Below are positions 17,872 through 29,800 of a stretch of 64,000 bases of DNA, one piece after another. Positions within the stretch are counted from its first letter, which is position 1. Every line of letters begins with the position of its first letter. The translations under genes were made by a program, and so were the position numbers. The stretch comes from an uncultured Acidobacteriota bacterium (lineage in GTDB: Bacteria; Acidobacteriota; Thermoanaerobaculia; Multivoradales; UBA5704): contig CAVYRF010000001.1 in the NCBI GenBank assembly GCA_963770895.1, forward strand, positions 1,152,001-1,216,000, written 5' to 3'. Under the pieces are notes generated by a model. That model had not been told where the DNA came from. It did no database searches and was given only the letters and a program-made list of their open reading frames with translations.

Positions 17872-20800
17872 ATGACGCCGGAGAACCTGGAATCCATCTA
17901 CCGGTTGTCGCCGGTCAACGAGGGCATGCTCTCCTTCGCGCAGGAGCGGCTGTGGTCCCTCGACCAGCTGCAGGGCGGCGCGCTCAACAACGTGCCGCTC
18001 GCGCTGCGGATGAGCGGCGAGCTGCGGGTGGCGCTGCTGGCGCGGGCGCTCGCGGAGGTGCGGCGGCGTCACCAGGTGCTGCGGGCGGTGTTTCGCGGCG
18101 ACGGTGGCGACGGCGGTGGCGGCCAGGTGCGGCAGATGGTGCTGCCGCCGGCCGGCGCGGACCTCGGACTGGTGGACCTTACGGCGCTGCCCATCGCGCG
18201 GCGGCAGCCGGCGGCGGCGGAGGGGATCGCGGCGGAAGCGCGGCGCCCCTTCGACCTGGCGCGAGGGCCGCTGCTGCGGACGCGGCTCTTCCAGCTGGGC
18301 GAGACCGAGCACCTGCTGCTGGTCGAGCTGCATCCCATCGTCGGCGACGGCTGGTCGACGGGGGTGCTGGTACGGGAGGTGGCGGCGCTCTACCGGGCCT
18401 TTTTCCTGGGGGAGGCGTCGCCGCTCGGCGAGCTGCCGGTGCAGTATGCGGACTTCGCGGCCTGGCAGCGGAGCTGGCTCTCCGGCGAGGTCCTGGCGCG
18501 GCAGCTGGCGTTCTGGCGCGAGCACCTGGCCGGGGCCCCGCCGGTGCTCGAGCTGCCGACCGACCGGCCGCGTCCCCAGCTGCAGAACCTGCGCGGCCGG
18601 CGGCTGGCGGTCGATCTCGATCGGTCGCTCGCCGACGCACTGGTCGCGCTCGGGCAGCGGCACCGCGCGACGCTCTTCATGGTGCTCGCCGCGGCGTTCC
18701 AGGCCCTGCTGGCGCGGACCAGCGGCGCGCCCGAGATCTGCCTGGGCACGCCGGTCGCAGGCCGCACGCGGCCTGAGACCGAAGGGCTGATCGGCCCGTT
18801 CGCCAACACCCTGGTGCTGCGCGGCGACCTGTCTCGCGATCCAACGTTTGCCGACCACCTGGCGGCGGTGCGGCGGGACGTGGTGGCGGCCTCCGAGCAC
18901 CAGGAGCTGCCGTTCGCAAAGCTCCTTGCCGCGCTGGTGCCGGAGCACCAGCGCAGCCTGGCGCACACGCCGCTGTTCCAGGTGATGCTGGCGCTGCAGA
19001 ACGCGCCGGTGGGACCGCTGGACCTGCCGGGCGTCCGGCTCGAGCCGCTCGCCTTGGAGAACCCCTGCGCACGCTTCGACCTGACGCTGACGCTGGCCGA
19101 GGCCGCCCGCGGCCTCGCGGGATCCATGGAGTACGGCGTGGCGCTCTTCGACCGCGCGACGATCGCGCGGCTGGCGGCACAGCTCGAGACCTTGCTGCGC
19201 AGCGTCACCTCGACCGTGACGGGCGCGGCGGGCGCGGAGCAACGGATCTCGGCGCTCGCGCTGCTCGGCGCCGCGGAGCGCCAGCAGCTGCTCGTCGAGT
19301 GGCGGGGGCAGGCGGGCCAGGCCCCCGCGGTGACCGTGCCGGAACGGCTGGCGCTCCAGGCGTCGCGGACGCCGACGGCCGTGGCGCTCGAGTGGCGGGA
19401 CCAGCGGTTGACCTATGGTGAGCTGGCGCGGCGCGCCGGCCTGGTGGCACGCCGCCTGCGCGCCGCCGGCGTCGGCGCGGAGACGCGGGTGGGGCTGCTG
19501 GTCGAGCGGTCGCTCGACCTGGTGACAGGCCTCCTGGGGATCTGGCTGGCGGGAGGGGCGGCGGTGCCGCTCGATCCCGGACAGCCGGCTTCGCGCCTGC
19601 AGCAGCTGCTCGACGACGCCCTGCCGGCCGGCGCCGCTGCCCTGGTGTCGCAGCGCAGCCTGGCGGAGCTCCATGCGTCGCTGCGCCTGGGATCGCTGCC
19701 CGTCGTCTGGATGGAAGACGCGGCACAGGCCGCTGCGGAGGCCGGGCCGGCGCTCTCGCCGCCCGCGCCGGGGGACTTGGCCTACCTGGTCTACACCTCG
19801 GGCAGCACCGGCCGGCCGAAAGCGGTCATGGTGGAGCACGGCAGCCTGGCCCACACCATGGCGGCGTACGAGGCGTGCGGCCTGGCGGTCGCCGAGCGCG
19901 TCCCGATCCTGGCGCCGGCGACGTTCGACGCCTTCTTCTGTGAGCTGCTGCCGCTTTTGACCGGCGGCACGGCGGTGCTCTTCGACATCCGGCCGGTCCT
20001 CGACCAGCAGCTCCTGCTCGCCGAGCTGGAGCGGGCGACGGTGCTGTTCGCGACGCCGGCGCTGATGCGGCAGCTGACGGCGGCGCTCCTCGAGCGGGCG
20101 GCGCGGGGCTCCCGCCCGCCGCGGCTGCGCTGGGTGTGGAGCGGCGGCGAAGCGGTGGGGCGCGACCTCGTGGCGGCGATGCGGCGGGCGTTTCCGGGCT
20201 CGCGCATCGGGGTGCTCTACGGCCCCACCGAAACCACTGTCGACGCGCTGTGGGACGAGCCGGACGCGGAGACCCACAACGGGCTCGGCTGGCCGTTGCC
20301 GGGCGTGACGGTGGAGGTGCGGGACGCCGCGTGGTCGCTCGCGCCGGCCGGCTCGCCGGGCGAGCTGTGGCTGGGCGGGCCGGGGCTGGCGCGCGGCTAC
20401 CTGGGCCGCCCGGACCTGACGGCCGAGCGCTTCGTGCCGTCGCCGTCGGGGCGGGGGGCGCGGCTCTACCGCTCGGGGGACCTGGTGCGGTTTCGTCCCA
20501 ACGGCCGCCTGGAGTTCCTGGGGCGGATGGATCAGCAGGTCAAGCTGCGCGGCATCCGCGTCGAGCCCGGCGAGGTGGAGGCGGTGTTGGCGGACTTCCC
20601 GGGGGTCGCCGCGGCGGCGGTGCTGGTGCGGCGGCACGCCGCGGGCGACGAGCGGCTGGTGGCCTGCGTGGCGGCGGCGGCCGGCCTGCAGATCGGCGAG
20701 CTGCGCCGGTTCGCCGAGTCGCGGCTGCCTTCCTACATGGTGCCGAACCAGTTTGTCCTGCTGGAGGGGCTGCCGCTGACGCGGCACGGCAAGGTGGACC

Positions 20801-23800
20801 GGCGCGCCCTGTCCGAGCTGGCGATGGCGGAGGCGCCCGCGGCAGCGGCCGCGCGCGAGCCGCAGGCGGCAGCCCGGGCGGTCGCGATCGTCGGCATGGC
20901 CGGGCGCTTTCCCGGCGCGCCCGATCTCGCGGCCTTCTGGCGCAACCTGCGCGACGGCATCGAGTCGATCTCGTTCTTCACCGACGCCGAGCTCGACCGC
21001 GCCGGGGTCCGCCGCGAGCTGCGCCAGACCCCCGGTTACGTCGCCGCCGCGGGAGTGCTGCCGGAGGCCGACCTGTTCGACGCCGGCTTCTTTGACGTCG
21101 GACCGCGCGAGGCGCAGATCATGGACCCGCAGCAGCGGGTGCTCCTGGAGGTCGCGGCCGAGGCGCTGGAGCGCGCCGGCTACGGCGCCGGCAGCCTGGC
21201 GGCCGGGGCGGCGCGCATCGGCGTCTTCGCCGGCGGCGGCACCAGCACCTACGCCCTCAATCATCTGATCGGCCGCGCCGAGTTCGACGGGCTGGAGCTG
21301 GCGCTCGGCAACGACAGCGACTTCCTGGCCACCCGCCTCTCCTACAAGCTCGACCTCAAAGGTCCGGCGGTGACCGTGCAGACCGCCTGCTCCACGTCGC
21401 TCGTGGCGGTGCACCAGGCGGTGCGCAGCCTGCTCGACGGCGAGTGCGACCTGGCGTTGGCGGGCGGGGTGAACGTCACCTCGACGCAGTTCGACGGGCA
21501 TGTCTACCAGGAGGGAGGCATCGTCTCGCCGGACGGTCACAACCGGGCGTTCGACGCCCGCGCCAAAGGGTCGGTCAGCGGCAACGGCGCCGGCGTGGTG
21601 GTGCTCAAGCCGCTGGCGCGGGCGCTGGCCGACGGCGACCCGATCCACGCCGTGGTCCTGGGCTCGGCGCTCAACAACGACGGCGCCGGCAAGGTCGGCT
21701 TCACGGCGCCTGCGGAGCTGGGGCAGGCGCAGGTCATCGCCGCCGCGCAGGCGGCGGCCGGGGTGTCGCCGGAAAGCATCGGCTACGTCGAGGCGCACGG
21801 CAGCGCGACGCCGGTCGGCGATCCGATCGAGATCGCGGCGTTGACCCGCGCCTTCCGGGCCGGCACCGCGCGGCAGGGGTTCTGCGCCGTCGGCTCGGTC
21901 AAGACCAACATCGGCCACAACGGCTCCGCCGCCGGGATCGCCGGCCTGCTCAAGACCGTGCTCGCCCTGGCGCATGGGCAGATCCCGGCGAGCCTGCACT
22001 ACGAGCGGCCCAACCCGCAGATCGATTTCGCCTCGAGCCCGTTCTACGTGCCACGCGAGCTGGCCGGATGGCCGGCGGGCGGGGCGCCGCGGCGGGCGGG
22101 GGTGAGCTCTTTCGGCCTCGGCGGCACCAACGTCCACGTCGTCCTCGAGGAGGCGCCGGCGCCGCCGCCGGCAGCCGCACCGTCGCGCCCCTGGCAGCCG
22201 CTGGTGCTGTCGGCGCGCACCGCGGCCGCCCTGGAGGCGGCGACCGATCGCCTGGTGGCGCACCTCGAAGCCCATCCGGACGCGGACCTGGCGGACGTGG
22301 CGGCGACCCTGGCGACCGGCCGCAAGGGGCACTCGTGGCGGCGGGCAGTGGTCTGCCGCGACACCCGCGAGGCGCGCCAGCTGCTCGCGGCGCGCGATCC
22401 GCGGCGGCTGCTCTCGGCGACGGTGGACGGCGCCAGCCGGCCGGTGGCGTTCCTCTTCTCGGGGCCGGATGAGCAGTACCCGGCGATGGCGGCCGGGCTC
22501 TATCGCGACGAGCCGGCCTTCCGCGAGCGCCTGGACCGCCATGCCGCAGTGCTCGCGCCGCTGCTCGGCGTCGATCCGCTGGCGGTGCTCTTCGCCCCGG
22601 CGGCGCCCCTCGCGCCCACCGCGGTGTCGCAGCCGCTGCTCTTCGCCGTCGAGCTGGCGCTCGCCGAGCTCTGGCGGCAGTGGGGCGTCGAGCCGCAGGC
22701 GATGCTCGGCCACGGCCTGGGCGAGTACGTGGCCGCCTGCGTCGCCGGCGTGTTCTCCGCCGAGGCGGCGCTGCGGCTGGTGGTGGAGCGGGCGCGGCGG
22801 ATCGACGCCCTTTCGCCGGGGGCGATGCTCGCCGTGCCGCTGGGCCGCGAGGAGCTGCAACCGCTGCTGCCGGACCAGGCGTGGATGGCGGCGGTCGACG
22901 GACCGCGTACGTCCGTCGTCTCGGGCACGCCGGCGGCGATCGCGCAGCTGGCGCGGCGGCTCGACGAGCAGGGGATCGCCAGCCGGCTGCTCGCCACGAC
23001 GCACGCCTTGCACTGCCCGCTGCTCGCGCCGGCGGCCGCGGCGCTCGCGGAGCTGCTGCGCCAGGTGCCGCTGGCGGCGCCTCGCATCCCCTGCCTGTCG
23101 AGCCTCACCGGGACCTGGATCACCGCGTCGCAGGCCACCGATCCGGGCTACTGGGCCGAGCAGCTGTGCCGGCCGGTGCAGTTCGCGGCCGGGGTCGCCG
23201 AGCTGTGGCGGGAGCCCGGGCGGGTGTTGGTCGAGATCGGGCCGGGGGCCAACCTGGCGTCGCTCGCCCTGCAGCAGCCGGCCGGCGGCGCGGCCGACCC
23301 GGTGGCGGTTTCGTCGCTGCCGGAGGCGTACGAACGGCAGCCGGACCGCGCCCACCTGCTGGGCGCCGCGGCCAGGCTCTGGCTCTCCGGGGTGCGGCTC
23401 GACTGGCGGGCGGTCTGGGGCGGGGAGCGGCGGCGCCGTCTGGCCCTGCCCACCTACCCCTTCGAGCGGCAGCGCTACTGGATCGAGCGCCTCGGGCCGG
23501 CGGCCCGGACGCGGCTGGACGCGCTCCCCGAGACAGCGCCGGAGAGCGGCCCGCGGCTCTACCTGCCGGCGTGGCGGCTGACGCCGTCTCTGCCGGCGCC
23601 GGACGCCGCCCGGCTGCGGGGGCAGGGGGCGCCCTGGCTGGTGCTCTCCGACGACGCCGGCCTCGGCCGCTGCATCACGGCGCGGCTGCGGCAGGCCGGG
23701 GCGCGGGTGGTGGAGGTGGCGGCCGGCGACGGCTTCGCCGCCCTCGGTGCGGATGCCTTCCGCGTCGACCCGCGGGAGCCGGGCGATTACGGCCTGCTGG

Positions 23801-26800
23801 TCGCGGCTCTCGCCCGCGAGGGGGAGGAGCGGCCGCTGCCGCGGCGGATCGTCCACCTGTGGGGCGTGCAGAAAAAAGGCCCGTGGCAACGCCGGTGCGC
23901 GAGCTGTCTGCTGGGGCTGGTGCAGGCGCTCGACCGCGCTGCCCGGACGCCCGGCACGGCAGCCGCCCTGCCGGCCCTCAGGGTGCTGGTGGCCGCCGAT
24001 GGCCTCCACCCGTTCGCGGCTGCCGGCCGGCGCCGTGCCGAGCTGGCGCCGCTCGCCGCGCTCTGCCGGGCGCTGCCGCGCGAGCTGCCGGGGATCGCCT
24101 GCCGCGCGGTGGACGTCGAGCTGCCGCGAGGGGCGGTGCGGCGAGAGCGGCTGGCCGCGGCCCTGCTGGCGGAGATCGCCGCGATTCCCGACACCACCGA
24201 AACCGCCGGGATCGGCGACGTCGGCGATATCGGCGGCAGCGGCGAGCACCGCCAGGGTCGCGGGACGCCCTGGCCGGGCGGCATCGCGCTGCGCGCCGGC
24301 GAGCGCTGGGCCGAGGCGTTCGAGCTGGTGCCGGCCGACCCGGCGGCGCCGTCGCGGCCGTTGGCGGAAGATGCGACGGTGCTCCTCCTGGGTCGGCGCG
24401 CCGGCTTGCTCGCGGCGGCGGCCGTGGCGCTCGGCCGGATGGGCGTGCGCACGGTCTGGGACCAGGGGGAATCCGGGCCGACGGCAGCTGGCGCTGCCGG
24501 TGCCACCGGTGCAGCGGGTGAGGCGCCGGCGCCGCTGGCCGGGGTGATCGTGGGCGAGGAGGCGCTCCTGGGAGAGCTGCCGGAGCTCCCCCTGGCGCAG
24601 GGGATGTCGGCCGACCTGGGCGCCTGGGACGCGGCGCTGGCGGGCGTGGCGGATCGCTTCGCGGCGCTGGTGCGGCGTCTCACCGTGCAGGAGGCGGGGT
24701 TCTGCCTCGTCGCCTCGTCCTTCGCGCCGCTCGCTCCGCGGCCGGGGGAGGCGCTGCGCGCCGCGGCAGGCAGCCTGGCCGATGCCCTGGCCGAGGAGGC
24801 CGGCTGGTCGGCGCCGGCTGTCGCATGGGGCCGGGTGGTCTGGGACGCGCGGCTGGAGGAGCCGAACGGAGCGGCGCCGCCCGCGGTCGGCGAGGCCGTG
24901 CCGGCCCAGATCCTGGCGAGCGTGCTCGCCCAGCTGGCGGCGGGGGAGGGCACCGAGCAGCTGGTGGTGTCGCGGGGCGAGCCGTCGCCGCCGCGGGCCA
25001 CGGCCTTCCCCGGCACGCTCCACGGCCGGCCCAACCTCAAGAACCCCTACGTCGCGCCGCGGAGCGAGAGCGAACGGCGGCTGGCCGCGATCTGGCAGGA
25101 CCTCCTGGGCATCGATCCGATCGGCATCCACGACAGCTTCTTCGAGCTGGGCGGCGACTCGCTCCTGGCCGTGCAGGTGATCGCCCGCGTGCGCGACGCC
25201 TGGGGCGTGGAGATCGCCCCGCGCGAGCTCTTCGAGGCGCGGACGCCCGCGGCGCTCGCCGCCGCGATCGCCGCCTTGCGCGCGGCCGATGGGATCCCGG
25301 CCGCAACGCCGGCGATCGTGCCGGCGGCGCGGCCGCAGGGACGCGAAAGCCGCGGCCCGCTGTCGTTCGCGCAGCAGCGGCTGTGGTTCATCGACCAGCT
25401 GGAAGGCGGCGCTCTCTACAACGTGCCGATGGCGCTGCGGGTGGACGGCGCGCTGTCGGTCGCCGTGCTGTCGCGGACGCTGCAGGAGGTGGTGCGCCGC
25501 CACGAGGTGCTGCGGACGGTGTTTCCCGCCGTGGACGGCCGGTCACAGCAGGTGATCCTGCCACCGGCCGGGCTGGCGCTGCCCCTGGTGGAGCTGACCG
25601 GCCTGCCCGCGGCGCTGCGCCAGCCGGTGGCGGCGCGCCTGGTGGCGGCGGAGGCGCGCCGGCCGTTCGACCTGGCGCGCGGGACGCGAGCTGCGGCGAG
25701 TGCCGGCCGGCCAACGCGGTCGGCCGGCCTCTTCCGCGCCGGACTCTGGCGGCTGGGCCAGACGGAGCACCTGCTTCTCCTCAACCTCCATCACATCGTG
25801 AGCGACGGCTGGTCGCTCGGCGTCCTGCTGCGGGAGATCGCGACGCTCTATGGGGCGTTTGCCGCAGGCGGTCCCTCGCCGCTGCCCGAGCTGCCGGTGC
25901 AGTACGCGGATTTCGCGATCTGGCAGCGCTCCTGGCTGCAGGGCGAGGTGCTGGACGAGCATCTCGACTACTGGCGGCGGCAGCTGGCCGGGGTGCCGCC
26001 CGTGCTGGCGCTGCCGCTCGACCGGCCGCGCCCGCCGGTGCAGACGTTCCCCGGCGCGACCCGGCCGCTGCAGCTCGAGCGCGGGCTGTCGGACGCGGTG
26101 GGCGAGCTGTGCCGCAGCCGCGGGGTGACGCCGTTCATGGTCCTGCTGGCCGCCTGGACGGCGCTCCTGGGACGCCATGCGGGACAGGACGACGTGCCGG
26201 TCGGCACGCCGGTCGCCGGCCGCGGCCGCCGCGAGACCGAAGGACTGATCGGCTTCTTCGTCAACACCCTGGTGCTGCGCGGGGACCTTGCGGGCAACCC
26301 GAGCTTCGCCGAGCTGCTCGACCGGGTGCGCCGCACGTCGCTCGACGCCTTCGCCCACCAGGACCTGCCGTTCGAGCGCATCGTCGAGGCGATCGCGGTC
26401 GAGCGCAACCGCGCGGTCTCGCCGCTCTTCCAGGTCTTCTTCGCGTTCCAGAACATCCGGCTGGGGACCCTCGACCTGTCCGGGCTGCGCCTGGCCCCGC
26501 TCGACGTCCATACCGGCCTGGCGAACTTCGATCTCACCCTGACGCTGCAGCAGGGTCCGGCCGGCTTCGCCGGGACGCTCGAGCACAATACCGACCTGTT
26601 CGACGGCAGCACGGCGGAGCGGCTGGCGGCCCACTTCGCCACCCTGCTGCGCGCCGCGATGGACGATCCCGGATTGCCGGTCCAGGACCTGCCGCTGCTG
26701 CCTGCCTGGGAACGGCAGCAGTCGCTCGTCGAATGGTGCGACACCGACCGCGCCTTGGCCCCGGTGTGCCTGCACCAGCTGGTCGAGGCGCAGCTCGACC

Positions 26801-29800
26801 GCGCTCCGGACGCCGTCGCCCTGATCGCCGGCGACCGCCACCTGAGCTGCGCCGAGCTCGAGGCGCGGGCCAACCGGGTGGCCCGCCACCTGCGATCGCT
26901 CGCGGTCGGTCCGGACCAGCTGGTCGGCCTGTGCACCGACCGCTCGCCGGAGATGGTGATCGGCATGCTGGGCATCCTCAAGGCCGGCGGCGCCTATCTG
27001 CCGCTCGATCCGGCCTATCCCCGCGAGCGTCTGGCGTTCCTGATGGAGGACTCGGGGGTGCGGGTGCTGCTGACCGAAGGCGACCTTGCCGAGCGTGTTC
27101 CGGCAGGCGCCGCGCGCGTCGTGCGGCTCGACGGCCCAGCGTTCCTCGGCGCGGCGAGCGGCGAGCGGCGCCGCGAGGGCGGCGCGACGCCGGCGAGCCT
27201 GGCGTACGTCATCTACACCTCCGGTTCGACCGGCAAGCCGAAGGGCGCGGGGATCTCCCACGCCGCGGTGGTCAACCTGCTTGCCTCGATGCAGGCGCGG
27301 CCGGGCATGGGGACCGCGGACGCGCTGCTGGCGGTCACCACGCTGAGCTTCGACATCGCGGCGCTGGAGATCTACCTGCCGCTGGTGTGCGGGGCGCGGC
27401 TGCTGCTCGCGTCGCGCCAGATGGCGCAGGACGGCGAGCTGCTGCGGCAGGCGCTCGCGGCCGGCGAGGTGACGGTGATGCAGGCCACCCCCGCCACCTG
27501 GCGGCTGCTGCTCGCGGCCGGCTGGACGGGGGCGCGCGGGCTGACGGTGCTCTGCGGCGGGGAGGCGCTGGCGCGCGACCTCGCCGACCAGCTGCTCGGC
27601 GCGTGCGACAGCTTGTGGAACGTCTACGGGCCGACCGAGACGACGATCTGGTCCAGCCTGGACGAGGTGGCGCCGGGCGGCGAGGGCGGCGACCGTGTCG
27701 TGGGCGGCGGGGGTGTCCCGAGCGTCGGCGGCGGCGCGGTGGCGATCGGCCGGCCGCTGGACAACACCGGGATCTACCTGGTTTCGCCGCGGCTCGAGGC
27801 GGTGCCGGCCGGGGTGGCGGGCGAGCTGCTGATCGGCGGCGCGGGCCTGGCACGCGGCTACCACGGCCGCCCCGATCTCACCGCCGAGAAGTTCGTCCCG
27901 CACCCTTTGGCGGCGGCGCGGCCGGCGGCGGGCGCGCGCCTCTACCGCACCGGCGACCTGGCCCGCCACCTGGCCGGCGGCCGCATCGAGTACCTGGGCC
28001 GCATCGACCACCAGGTGAAGGTGCGCGGTTTCCGCATCGAGCCGGGCGAGATCGAGGCCGCGCTGGGCCGCCACCCGGAGCTGCGGCAGGCGGTGGTGGC
28101 GGTGCGCGAGGACCGCCCCGGAGACCAGCGGCTGGTGGCCTGGGTGGTGCCGTCGGGGGAGCGGGCGCCGGCAGCCGCCGAGCTGCGCTCGTACCTGGCC
28201 GAGCGCCTGCCGGAGCCGCTGGTGCCGGCGGCCTTCGTGGCGCTCGCCAGCCTGCCGTTGCTGCCCAACGGCAAGGTGGACCGGCGTGCGCTGCCGGCGC
28301 CGGAGTGGACGCCGGCCGCCGCCGCCGCGTCGCTGCCGCGCACTCCCGCCGAAGAGCTTCTGGCGGGGATCTTCGCCGAGGTGCTGGGGCTGCCGGGCGT
28401 GGGGGCGGAGGACGACTTCTTCACCCTCGGCGGCCACTCGCTGCTCGCCACCCAGCTGGTGGCGCGCATCTTCCAGGTCTTCGGCGTCGAGCTGCCGCTG
28501 CGGGCGGTGTTCGAAAGCCGCACCCTGGCGCAGATGGCGGCGCGGATCGCGGCGTTGCGCGGCGCCGCCGCCGCCGGCGCCGGCATGGCGCCGCCGCTCG
28601 TGCCGCGCGCCGCCGGGGCCGATGCGCGCGGCCTGCCGCTGTCGTTTGCCCAGGAGCGGCTGTGGTTCCTCGACCAGCTGGTGCCCGACAATCCGTTCTA
28701 CAACATCTACAACGCCCTGCGCATCGAGGGACCGCTCGACGAGGCGACCCTGGAGCGCGCGGTGCGCGAGGTGATGCACCGCCACGAGGGGCTGCGCACC
28801 GTCTTCGCGGAGCGCGACGGGATCCCGGTCCAGGTGGTGCAGAGCGCGCCGGCGCGCGGCCTGGCGACGATCGACCTCACCGCCCTGGGCGCCGCGCCGC
28901 GCCGCGCCGAAGCGGACCGGCTGGCGGGCGCCGAGGGGCGGCGGCCGCACAATCTGACCCGCGGGCCGCTGCTGCGCGCCCACCTGGTGCGCTTGAGCGC
29001 CGGCGACCGGCTGTTGATGCTCAACGTCCACCACATTGCCGCCGACGGCTGGTCCATGGATCTGCTCAGCCGCGAGCTCGCCGCCCTCTACGGCGCCTTC
29101 GCGCGCGGCGAGCCGTCGCCGCTGCCGCCGCTGGCGGTGCAGTACCCCGACTTCGCGCTCTGGCAGCGCGAGTGGCTGGCCGCGGGACCGCTCGCGGCGC
29201 AGCTCGACTACTGGCGCCGGCAGCTCGCCGGCCTCGACGAGGCGCTCGACCTGCCTGCCGACCGGCCGCGGTCGGCCGTCGAGTCGTTCCGCGGCGGGCA
29301 TCTCGACTTCGCCCTGGCGCCGCGGCTGGCCGCCGACCTCACCGCGCTCGCCCGCCGCCACGGCGCGACCCCGGCCATGGCTCTGCTCGCCGCCTTCCAG
29401 GCGCTGCTGGGGCGCGACACCGGCCGCCGCGACGTGCCGGTCGGCGTCGCCATCGCCAACCGCACCCGCCGCGAGGTCGAAGACCTGATCGGCTTCTTCG
29501 TCAACACCCTGGTGCTGCGCCTCGACCTCGGTGGGCGCCCTGGTCTGGGCGCCCTGCTGGGCCGCGTCCGCGACGTGGCGCTGGCCGCCTACGACCACCA
29601 GGACCTGCCTTTCGAGCGCCTGGTCGAGGACCTCAACCCGGGCCGCAGCCTGGCGCGCAATCCGCTGGTGCAGGTGCTGTTCGGCTTCCAGAACTTCCCG
29701 CGCACCGCGGTCGCAGTCGGCGGGTTGACCTTTGCCCCGCTCGCCGAAAACGCCGCCGATCCGGGCACCTCCAAGTTCGACCTCACGCTCTTCGTCTTCG

